From a virus, in UHGV virus genome UHGV-0066004: a DNA stretch of 64,000 bases, one strand, 5' to 3'. Both the position numbers and the translations under genes were made by a program. Numbering within the stretch: the stretch's first letter is position 1; each line of letters opens with the position of its first letter. Below the pieces are notes generated by a model. It searched no databases, was not told the DNA's origin, and saw nothing but the letters and a program-made list of their open reading frames with translations. Positions 36,392-44,710 of the stretch are shown piece after piece.

Positions 36392-37288
36392 TCAATCAAT
36401 GGTTGCTACAGTAACTTGGGCGTAATGTGTTAAGCCACGGTCTTTAGCTTCACCTAAAGTGTTTGTAGTGTAGATATGGTCAATACCGTTGTCAAGTAAG
36501 TTTTCAACACCTTTAGAGAAAATACCATGAGTTACATAGAGTTCCACACGTTTTGCACCTGCTTCACGTAGGTGTTTAGCTGCCTCTACGAAGGTTCGAC
36601 CACCATCACAGATATCATCAAGAATCATGACAGTTTTATCGGTCAAATCAACATCGTCAAGGATTCGCATACCAGTGATTTCTCCAGTCTTAAGATTGCG
36701 CACCTTAGACATTGTGATATACGGTTTATCCACCTCTTTAGCGGTATCTTCAGTCTTCTTAGCTGCACCTGCATCTGGGGCTACCAAGAAATCAATGCGT
36801 GGGTCACTTGCAAAGTGTACTGCCACATCTTTTTGCTTCATGCTTTGAAAGCACTTAAATAAGTTTTCTGCAACATTACTGTGAGGGTCAAGAGCACATA
36901 CTGCATCAAAACCCATTGCATTAACTAGGTTGGCAAAGACTTTCAGTGCTGCTGCATCACCTTTGAACATGTGGCGGTCATATCGAGCATTTGGTAAGAA
37001 CCCGAAAACAACGGTTTTCATCGCTGATTTCTGGGGAACAAGACTGTCAACGGCATCCTTAGCCAAAGCTAATGCAAACAGTGTATCTTTGTCATATCCC
37101 TGCACAGTAAGTATAACATTGTCAATCTTACCAGCATTACGCTCAGTAAACTTAACAAAATCTTCAGAGAAGTTTCCACCAATTTCTCCAGATGGGAATT
37201 GAATGATATTAAATTTTTCTGTGTGGAAGAATTTCTCTTGTGCGGTGACGACGGCTTCAATAACAGTTTTCATAGTTTTCTCTCTCAA
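36392..37288 (-). CDS. ribose-phosphate pyrophosphokinase-family enzyme (Prs or Adps-like)
   Basis: PRTase-type nucleotide-binding motif VMILDDICDGGRT, DPHS resembling Prs DLHA; divergent from canonical DDxxDTxGT. Confidence 0.7.
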   Translation of the reverse strand: MREKTMKTVIEAVVTAQEKFFHTEKFNIIQFPSGEIGGNFSEDFVKFTERNAGKIDNVILTVQGYDKDTLFALALAKDAVDSLVPQKSAMKTVVFGFLPNARYDRHMFKGDAAALKVFANLVNAMGFDAVCALDPHSNVAENLFKCFQSMKQKDVAVHFASDPRIDFLVAPDAGAAKKTEDTAKEVDKPYITMSKVRNLKTGEITGMRILDDVDLTDKTVMILDDICDGGRTFVEAAKHLREAGAKRVELYVTHGIFSKGVENLLDNGIDHIYTTNTLGEAKDRGLTHYAQVTVATID

Positions 37289-37563
37289 TCAAAAGTTACG
37301 TTTGTTACTGCCATTGCAGATTTGCATTTTGCAGGGTCTACAACGTGATAAAGTACACTACAGTTACCTGTGCTGTCTGGTACAGGCTTTACCCATTGCT
37401 GCTTTATAGTTGGCTCTCCTAAGTCTTTGTAAGAACCATCTGTAAAGTTGTTTACCATCTCAAGTGCAATTGGTTCTGGAACATGACCACGTATCATGTA
37501 CATTTCACAACCATTACCGCCTTCACTGACTAATGGTAAAATCTCCCACTTCTCTTTAGCCAT
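37285..37563 (-). CDS. hypothetical protein
   Basis: ORF in track. Confidence 0.45.
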   Translation of the reverse strand: MAKEKWEILPLVSEGGNGCEMYMIRGHVPEPIALEMVNNFTDGSYKDLGEPTIKQQWVKPVPDSTGNCSVLYHVVDPAKCKSAMAVTNVTFD

Positions 37564-38071
37564 TGTAAGTTGCCCTATAAACTGTCTCGAACTTCAACAG
37601 GAGAGATATTGCCAAATCTGTATAGTTGTTGTCAAGCACATCTGGCATATTATTTTTGATATATTTCTCTTGCTCTTCATAGGTCATCTTAGGTGTGCTT
37701 AGAAGATTACCCCCTTGCTTCTGGTTATCAAGTTTAGTTTGGATAAACCAGTTTGCACAGTGATGCTCACCACCCTTTGTAACAGGCTTGTGGTGGCCTA
37801 ATGTAAATGTTTGCTTACCTGTATACCTGCAAAGATTGTTCAGTGTTGCAATAGTGTTCTTCACAACACACCATTCATACAGGTTATCTATTGTGTAGTG
37901 TGGGTAATAACGGACAAGTGCTCTTTCACGGAAGTTATCACGATTCCAAAGAACCATGTGATTCGAGTTAGAAGGGTCGTATTGGTGGGAGTCAATGAAC
38001 TCTTGACGTTCCTCAAAGCTGAGTCTTAGAACTGACATTGCAGCCGAACGTTTCAGGTTTGACAGATACAT
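37556..38071 (-). CDS. possible HNH-fold nuclease
   Basis: LGHHKPVTKGGEHHCANW resembles HNH core (HH...GG...N); weak. Confidence 0.35.
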   Translation of the reverse strand: MYLSNLKRSAAMSVLRLSFEERQEFIDSHQYDPSNSNHMVLWNRDNFRERALVRYYPHYTIDNLYEWCVVKNTIATLNNLCRYTGKQTFTLGHHKPVTKGGEHHCANWFIQTKLDNQKQGGNLLSTPKMTYEEQEKYIKNNMPDVLDNNYTDLAISLLLKFETVYRATYNG

Positions 38072-38122
38072 TTTATCTCCAAAATAAAAAGGGAACCTTT
38101 ACAGTCCCCTTATAGTATCTGT

Positions 38123-38443
38123 TTACTGAGCTACTTTCAAGATGCTTGTGAATGAGATTTCACTCTCATCCATAAACTCTTTTGCTTCTCCAGTAACTTT
38201 CACAAAGTTATCTAGGCAGATAATCTTCTTATCTTTCTTACTGTAGGTTAGCTTAACCTTTTCAATATCTTTCTTAGAGCTTTCCTCTTCATTGAAGAGT
38301 TTTACAGCCTCTTTGAATGGGAGGTATGAGCCATCATCATCACTAATAAAACCTGTACCACAATAGTAGAAGTTATATTCTTTAGCCATAAACTGGCACA
38401 GTACGAAAATCTGTAATTTGCGAGTGTTATAAACTTTGCTCAT
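38123..38443 (-). CDS. hypothetical protein
   Basis: ORF in track. Confidence 0.45.
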   Translation of the reverse strand: MSKVYNTRKLQIFVLCQFMAKEYNFYYCGTGFISDDDGSYLPFKEAVKLFNEEESSKKDIEKVKLTYSKKDKKIICLDNFVKVTGEAKEFMDESEISFTSILKVAQ

Positions 38444-38445
38444 GA

Positions 38446-38703
38446 TTATTTAGCCTTCTTATTACGTTTACGGTTACGAGCTTTCTTAGCTGCTCGTTTA
38501 ATAGCTGCTGCACCAGACGGACGGTGGGCTTGTTTCTTACCACCTTTGCCACGGCCTACATAGATACTTTTCATAATCTCATTAGCCAGCTTCTCATCCA
38601 TCTTGAAGTTCTGCATAAGATGAGTCACATCAACTCCAGTGAGCATACCTAATGAAGTTAGTGCTGCTTTTACTTTTGATTTAAAACTATTCCAGATTCC
38701 CAT
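38446..38703 (-). CDS. small protein with highly basic C-terminal tail
   Basis: Ends KRAAKKARNRKRNKKAK. Confidence 0.45.
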   Translation of the reverse strand: MGIWNSFKSKVKAALTSLGMLTGVDVTHLMQNFKMDEKLANEIMKSIYVGRGKGGKKQAHRPSGAAAIKRAAKKARNRKRNKKAK

Positions 38704-38827
38704 TTCGTATCTCTCTCAATCTTTTCACAAAATGCTTTAAGTTCTTCTTCAGTGACGCCAACTGTTAAGTTTGTTCTGTAGAAGATTGTAAAGTGGCCTT
38801 TACCGATAACCTACTTTACGACGAGGC

Positions 38828-39313
38828 TTACTCGGCTCTCCACTGGCAATCACCTTGCCACCCATACTCTTTTCTCCAGAGGTTTTGGTTATCAGAACCA
38901 CGATACGGTTTAACTGTTGGTTTAGATGAATCATACTTACCATCAATCACCACGTCAACATATTTCATCACATCTAGGTGAATTTTTTCGTGTAGTTGAA
39001 AACCTGTCCAGAGCCATATAGACTTCTCTGGATAAACAGTTTTAATACGTTTGCATATGTTGGTAACCTCTTGAATATTTCTATCATCCAAAGGTTCTCC
39101 ACCAAGTATTGACAAACCACTGACAGCATTATCACCCATTAACTTAATGATGCCGTAAAGGTTTGCATAAGTAAACTCTTTACCAGCATTAAACTTCCAA
39201 GACTCCCTGTTAAAGCAGCCTTCACAGTGATGCTTACAACCAGCTACGAAGAGGCTTACACGAACCCCTTCACCATTAGCTGTGTCAAATGGTCTAATCT
39301 CCATGTAATTCAT
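38828..39313 (-). CDS. nrdG: anaerobic ribonucleotide reductase activating protein
   Basis: Radical-SAM cluster motif CKHHCEGC near N-terminus; close to nrdD. Confidence 0.8.
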   Translation of the reverse strand: MNYMEIRPFDTANGEGVRVSLFVAGCKHHCEGCFNRESWKFNAGKEFTYANLYGIIKLMGDNAVSGLSILGGEPLDDRNIQEVTNICKRIKTVYPEKSIWLWTGFQLHEKIHLDVMKYVDVVIDGKYDSSKPTVKPYRGSDNQNLWRKEYGWQGDCQWRAE

Positions 39314-39372
39314 CTAGTTACCTCACCAATAAATATAAATGTTCTTTAAACCTTTTCTTCGAATTGTTTTAC

Positions 39373-39768
39373 TCATTCAAACACCACCTGACAAGGAACC
39401 TGTTTAGTAATAAATTCTTCACAGTGCTCTTTAATGAAGTTTTGTAATGGTACACAATCTTGTGCGCAAGTCATTAGCATAACGTACTCTGGGTTCATGA
39501 TGTTTTCAAGGGTGTAGAAGACAACATCATCAGACAGTTCGTGACCATCTTCCTCAGACCAAGTTCCAGAGACTACAGCTAGTTTATCAAGTAATTCATT
39601 AGGCAATGCTACACCATCTTCTACAGAATCACTTAGAACATTTTCACCGATATACAGTGTGAAGGTCGTATGGAATGTTGAGTATCTTACATGATTCTTT
39701 TCGCAAGAGCCACACTCTGAGGCGTAATCTTTAATCCACTCTAATTGTTTTTGGCTTAACTTAATCAT
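39373..39768 (-). CDS. hypothetical protein
   Basis: 131-aa ORF between nrdD and nrdG. Confidence 0.45.
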   Translation of the reverse strand: MIKLSQKQLEWIKDYASECGSCEKNHVRYSTFHTTFTLYIGENVLSDSVEDGVALPNELLDKLAVVSGTWSEEDGHELSDDVVFYTLENIMNPEYVMLMTCAQDCVPLQNFIKEHCEEFITKQVPCQVVFE

Positions 39769-39965
39769 AATTTCACCTTAGTTGGTAATGCACTGAATGC
39801 TATAGCTAACCCTAAAAATGGTTTGAAGCATGACCATAAGTCCATCTGACCATTATATGATAAATTCCATTGTGGGTCTGAAAAACCACATACCATAGCA
39901 CTAACCCCAAAGAAGAAGGTTAGAGTGCGGAGTATGTATATCATCGTTTTTGATATCTTAAACAT
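39765..39965 (-). CDS. small membrane protein
   Basis: 66 aa, hydrophobic segments. Confidence 0.4.
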   Translation of the reverse strand: MFKISKTMIYILRTLTFFFGVSAMVCGFSDPQWNLSYNGQMDLWSCFKPFLGLAIAFSALPTKVKL

Positions 39966-40119
39966 TTTAACTTGCCTCTCAACTCACAATAAGAGAGTCC
40001 TAAAAAGAACCCTAGTAAGACAGAACCTATGAACAACCCAATAATACTCTCTGCCATATATAACATCCAATAAAAAAGGTGATGTAAGCCTATCAAGACC
40101 CACATCACCTTGTCAAGTT

Positions 40120-40686
40120 TTACATAAGGTTATTTTTCTTACAATTGTCAAAATGATATCGAGTCATGTTACCAGCGCCACCAGTCATGCCACAATGAGG
40201 ACAGGTTTTCTTTTCCTTTGGCTTTTTTCCGGCTTCTGACATCTTCTTCCTTGTTTCTATAGACCTTTTACAACCTTTTGATTTTGTATTTCCTATTTGG
40301 GATTCCCCTAATCGTCTTCGATGTTCTTCAGTGAAAACCCTACCTTTATTCACAATAGATAAAGCTTTCGAGTTTAAAGCCCTTACCTTTTCATAGTCTC
40401 TGGATGATATTTTCCTATCTAGGCCATCATGAGCTAACCTGTGCCATGCGAACCATAACTTATGATTGTTTGGATACATCTTAACCAGTAATTTATGAGC
40501 TATATAATGCTCTCTAGGTGTAAGTAAAGCAATATTATCTCCACTAATTTTATCGCCACCTAGACATACTGGTATGATATGGTGTCTTTCATAACCCTTA
40601 CCTTGACATTTGTAGTATGTCAGGGGCACACCCCTTTCAGAATGTGCCTTCTTAATAATTGCATTATATATTAGTTTGTAATTCAT
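40120..40686 (-). CDS. HNH homing endonuclease (free-standing, downstream of nrdD)
   Basis: ERHHIIPVCLGGDKISGDNIALLTPREH HNH motif plus C-terminal CPHCG zinc finger; start set to ATG after nrdD stop. Confidence 0.75.
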   Translation of the reverse strand: MNYKLIYNAIIKKAHSERGVPLTYYKCQGKGYERHHIIPVCLGGDKISGDNIALLTPREHYIAHKLLVKMYPNNHKLWFAWHRLAHDGLDRKISSRDYEKVRALNSKALSIVNKGRVFTEEHRRRLGESQIGNTKSKGCKRSIETRKKMSEAGKKPKEKKTCPHCGMTGGAGNMTRYHFDNCKKNNLM

Positions 40687-40693
40687 TTGTATA

Positions 40694-42838
40694 CTACATA
40701 GAAACCCTATCCTTAATTTCTGCCATCTTAGCGTCATTCATTCGAGACTGACCTTTAATTTTTGTGAATGACAAGTACCCGCACACCCTGTTAATCACAG
40801 AGATATCATGTGAATGGCAAACCTCACATTCTTCAACATCAGCTTTTGGTCTGTTACCACAATGTTCACAGATTGCTAAGTCAAAGTTAAGTCCCTGATA
40901 GAAACCTTTCAACATACCTCTCGTAATACAACTCTTAAGTGCTGATAAGTTTTCTGGATTAGCCACTCTTACATATTGGATTCTTCCGCCTCTACAGATA
41001 TGGAAGAAGGGTTCTTCTAAGTCCTGCTTCTCAAATGGTGTAATGTCTGCTGCAACATTCATATGGAAACTGTTTGTAAAGTATTCCTTGTCAGAAACGC
41101 CTTTGATAACGCCAAACATATCTCTGAACTGTTTTAGCTGAGTTCCACAAAGTGATTCTGCTGGAGTGCCATAGACTGCATATAAGAAGCCATCTTCATT
41201 TTTAAACTCTTCAGTCTTCATGTTGATATATTCCAGAACATCATATGCAAAACTACAGCTTCCAACTTCATGAAGTCGTTTACCTTCAGCAAGAACAGAT
41301 AGCTCATCAAGCGCAGTAACCCCAAAAGAAGCTGTGAAGGACTTCACGATATCCCAGCCAACCTTATCAGTAGGTTTCTTATTCCCTTTGTACAGACCAC
41401 CTTGTGTAAATGCAAGAGGGTTAGAACTTGCTGGCATATTAGCAATCATTTCGTAGCGTTTCTTGTGGAAGCTGCGAATCATCTCTAGGTACTTATCAAG
41501 CTCTTTCCAGAAATCTAAACCATTCTCTTTAGAATACTGGTAAATCATTGGTAAGTTCAAAGATACAGCACCAATGTTAGCACGACCAACGTAGAACTCT
41601 TCCCCATTCTCGTTAAAATATGGAGATAGGAAGGCTCTGCAACCCATCGGTGAAATAACCTTACCAGAACGCTCAAAAGCCTCTGCTACAGCACCATGAC
41701 CAGATACACTTAAGAAATCTGGATACATTGCTTTAGAGCAACACTCAATAGCTTTACTGTACAGGTGGCCTTGACAGATATTCTCATCGTGTCTCTTCTG
41801 GTCATAAATATAAACCAGTTTAGGAAATACAACAGGTTTCTTGCTCTTACCTTGTCCATTCATACGAACATCTAGGAGAGTACTTGCAATCATGTATTGT
41901 AGTCGGTTATCTTCATTGGACATATCTGAGTCAAGTAACCCGAATGTCAAAGTTGTAAATGCAAAATCCCCACGACTACAAGGTACAGTGTTTAGTTTCA
42001 TTTCAAGTGACTGGAAACCTTGAGTCAGTTCAATCTGTAGCTGCTCCATGACATAATTGTGGTAATGTTCTTTAGGAATACCATAAGATGCTGCTTTCTC
42101 AGCATGATAGCGTAGAGACTTCTTAGCATACGGCACAAGTACCTTATCAATCTCTGCTAAAGTAAAGCCACCAAATTGCTGTGCAGTTGCTGAAAGAACT
42201 ACGTCACCAATAACCTGTAAGGCTGACAGTACAGACTTCGGTTCACAATATTCAATGCCAGACATTTCAAAGCCACCTTTCAGGACTTTACCAATGTCAA
42301 ACAGGCAACAGTTGATACCACCAAAGATTAAGTCTCTTAAATCATGGATATAGATAAACCCTTTTTCAATGGCTTCAAGTTCCTCTGGTGTTAAATGGTA
42401 CTGTTTAAAGATTTCTTTAGTCAGGTAACCACGAATAATTGAGCCTTTTGTAGAAATTAAACTGCTGTCAAAGTTAGCATTCTCTCTGTCACCTAAGAAG
42501 AGTGTATCTCTGGTCTTCTGGTAGAGTTCATCCCAATTTTGAGCAACTTCTTTACGGTAATTTCTGTATGTTGAGTAAGACTCATAAATTTCGTGATTGA
42601 CTTCTGCCAAAGCACCCTCAACAATACTGTGAATATCGTTTACAGAAATTAGCAAATTATTCTGCTTAGTGGACTTTACCAGAATCCTCATAAATGCTGA
42701 CTCAAGAGCTTGAGTAACATCTGGTGGAAGCTCTTTATAACCAACTCTGTTAGCTGACTTTGTGACTGCTGCTAAAACTTTTTTGATATCAGGTTCTTCA
42801 AGTGAGCCGTTCTTTTTAATAATCTGTACTTTGTTCAT
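40694..42838 (-). CDS. nrdD: anaerobic ribonucleoside-triphosphate reductase
   Basis: 714 aa, C-terminal zinc ribbon CEHCG...CEVC and glycyl-radical motif RVCGYL. Confidence 0.9.
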   Translation of the reverse strand: MNKVQIIKKNGSLEEPDIKKVLAAVTKSANRVGYKELPPDVTQALESAFMRILVKSTKQNNLLISVNDIHSIVEGALAEVNHEIYESYSTYRNYRKEVAQNWDELYQKTRDTLFLGDRENANFDSSLISTKGSIIRGYLTKEIFKQYHLTPEELEAIEKGFIYIHDLRDLIFGGINCCLFDIGKVLKGGFEMSGIEYCEPKSVLSALQVIGDVVLSATAQQFGGFTLAEIDKVLVPYAKKSLRYHAEKAASYGIPKEHYHNYVMEQLQIELTQGFQSLEMKLNTVPCSRGDFAFTTLTFGLLDSDMSNEDNRLQYMIASTLLDVRMNGQGKSKKPVVFPKLVYIYDQKRHDENICQGHLYSKAIECCSKAMYPDFLSVSGHGAVAEAFERSGKVISPMGCRAFLSPYFNENGEEFYVGRANIGAVSLNLPMIYQYSKENGLDFWKELDKYLEMIRSFHKKRYEMIANMPASSNPLAFTQGGLYKGNKKPTDKVGWDIVKSFTASFGVTALDELSVLAEGKRLHEVGSCSFAYDVLEYINMKTEEFKNEDGFLYAVYGTPAESLCGTQLKQFRDMFGVIKGVSDKEYFTNSFHMNVAADITPFEKQDLEEPFFHICRGGRIQYVRVANPENLSALKSCITRGMLKGFYQGLNFDLAICEHCGNRPKADVEECEVCHSHDISVINRVCGYLSFTKIKGQSRMNDAKMAEIKDRVSM

Positions 42839-42857
42839 TATTGCCCCTTTATATGCT

Positions 42858-42878
42858 AAAAAGGTCTCCGAAGAGACC
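42858..42878 (-). terminator. intrinsic terminator with UUCG tetraloop
   Basis: GGTCTC-UUCG-GAGACC followed by U-run on minus strand. Confidence 0.55.
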
Positions 42879-42886
42879 CTTTCATT

Positions 42887-43093
42887 TTAAATCTTTTTAG
42901 AAAACTTCGAAAAGAGTTCTCTTAGTTTTTCAGTGATACCTAACTGTATCTCTAATATTTCAAAGATAACCCATAGTAACATAGCTCCAAACAATGAACC
43001 TTGTTCAAAGTCAGTAAATAGGTTAACAATAAGCATACCAATCACAATAGCTGGTGCATCAACAACCAAACCTTCCCAAAGGCGTTTAAGCAT
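42887..43093 (-). CDS. small membrane protein
   Basis: 68 aa, two hydrophobic helices. Confidence 0.4.
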   Translation of the reverse strand: MLKRLWEGLVVDAPAIVIGMLIVNLFTDFEQGSLFGAMLLWVIFEILEIQLGITEKLRELFSKFSKKI

Positions 43094-43328
43094 TATTCAC
43101 CTCTGCCATAAAATTCTGTAGCGTCCCAACAGGTTTTAGGTTTTGTCCATCAGTTTTCATGATGAATGGCATCTGACGAACTGGCATCTGTGCAATATCC
43201 ATCAGGTCTGATAGTTCATAGTCCTGCCCTAACATTCTCACAACATGGTCAATACCACGAGCTTTTGCAAAATTCTTTGCAGTCTCACACTGAGGGCATC
43301 CAGTTTTGGAGTAAATTACATAAGTCAT
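43086..43328 (-). CDS. glutaredoxin or NrdH-like redoxin
   Basis: 80 aa with CPQC active site near N-terminus, adjacent to nrdB. Confidence 0.7.
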   Translation of the reverse strand: MTYVIYSKTGCPQCETAKNFAKARGIDHVVRMLGQDYELSDLMDIAQMPVRQMPFIMKTDGQNLKPVGTLQNFMAEVNNA

Positions 43329-44401
43329 TAAGGAACCTCTAAAAATCCACTATTCAAATCATCTACAACAGTATTCAATAGGTACGCACCGTTCTGTTGC
43401 TCCTGATTAGCATTCTGCTCTTTATCAATTTCCATCTTCTTAATCATGTACTTCAAAGGTGGTTCTTTAGGAGCTACAAAATCTCTGGGAATGCCAAACA
43501 TATCATACAGTGGGGCAGCATTATAGTAAACCCACTCATGAAGAAGCTTTGTATTTAAGCCAACTACAGCACGTCCTTCGGAGAAGATATAATACGACCA
43601 TTTCTCTTCACTTTCAACTACTTCATCTAAGATTACTTTAATCTCTGGAAGAATCTGTTGAAAAGCTTTCTGCCACTCATCATCTCTTAAAGTTTCTTTT
43701 AAAACTTCAATATCAATTTTAGTGTGAAGGATTTCATCAAGCATAATCTTCTGCACAGCTTGAGCAATACCCTGAAATTTATCTTGAGCATCAAGTGCAA
43801 AAGTACATGCAAAGGATGCCATAAAAGATATACCTTCCAGTGCAGTCACTGCAAATAGACCTTTCAGAATCACTTTATGGAAGTGTAAAGGGTCTTTGTC
43901 CAGAAGTGAGTCACGAACATAACTCAGTCGATAGTTTATACCTTCATCCAGTAATTCTTCAAGAACACGATTCACAGTTTTTAATCGGTCTTGCACAGCA
44001 ACATTCTGGTTAATCTCATCTAAGATTGTTTCAGGATTTTTAATACATTGTCTTACAATCTCTGAGTAAGTAAGAGCATGTAGGTTTTCAATCTCAGACT
44101 GCTTCATAATTGCAGTTGCGTAGATATCATCAGAAATAAATGGTGCAAAGGCAAATGCCAAGCTCTTAGCAACTTGAGTGTCTGCTTCCCATTGCCACTT
44201 AAGAATCTCAAGCATTACACCTGACATTGATGCTGGGACACTCTCAAAATCAAGACGTGATTGTTCAAAAGGAAACTCATCTTCTGACCAGTCTTGTGCT
44301 TTTTGTTGTTTATAAAGCTCAAAGATTTTTGGGTAGTGTTTATTAAGTGAGTCAAAAGTTTTTCTCTCACCACCTAAAAAGATTGGGTGCTGATTAATCA
44401 T
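43328..44401 (-). CDS. nrdB: ribonucleotide reductase small subunit
   Basis: Ferritin-like di-iron protein length and position next to nrdA; start trimmed to MINQHPIF. Confidence 0.8.
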   Translation of the reverse strand: MINQHPIFLGGERKTFDSLNKHYPKIFELYKQQKAQDWSEDEFPFEQSRLDFESVPASMSGVMLEILKWQWEADTQVAKSLAFAFAPFISDDIYATAIMKQSEIENLHALTYSEIVRQCIKNPETILDEINQNVAVQDRLKTVNRVLEELLDEGINYRLSYVRDSLLDKDPLHFHKVILKGLFAVTALEGISFMASFACTFALDAQDKFQGIAQAVQKIMLDEILHTKIDIEVLKETLRDDEWQKAFQQILPEIKVILDEVVESEEKWSYYIFSEGRAVVGLNTKLLHEWVYYNAAPLYDMFGIPRDFVAPKEPPLKYMIKKMEIDKEQNANQEQQNGAYLLNTVVDDLNSGFLEVP

Positions 44402-44655
44402 AGCGTGATTTCTCCTTTCTTTATCATTTCTAAGGCTTGTTTTCTGTCTAAAACTTCCCAATTTTCTTTGTTAAACATCTCATAAGGTCTTGCATAGATT
44501 TTACCATCTGCTGTAGAGATGTAAGAGATACCAGCAACCCATGAGTCATCATTTTGTTTTATCATCATGTCTGTGCTACTCACATAGTACATCGTTTTCC
44601 GAGGCTTGTGGAGCAAGTATATAGGCCGCTCATGTTTTTCTATTAAATCTTTCAT
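44398..44655 (-). CDS. hypothetical protein inserted between nrdA and nrdB
   Basis: ATGA overlap with nrdB start. Confidence 0.4.
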   Translation of the reverse strand: MKDLIEKHERPIYLLHKPRKTMYYVSSTDMMIKQNDDSWVAGISYISTADGKIYARPYEMFNKENWEVLDRKQALEMIKKGEITL

Positions 44656-44710
44656 GGTCTCTCCAAAGTTATTTTTAGAGGGTCTTTTACGACCCTCATA
44701 GTTGTTAAAA

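Noticed and set aside
36572-37409. Several plus-strand ORFs antisense to the Prs-family gene
   Set aside because: They overlap a well-supported minus-strand enzyme gene and have no independent support.
40694-42838. Group I intron in nrdD
   Set aside because: The nrdD frame is uninterrupted through the glycyl-radical motif; the HNH gene is free-standing downstream, not intron-encoded.
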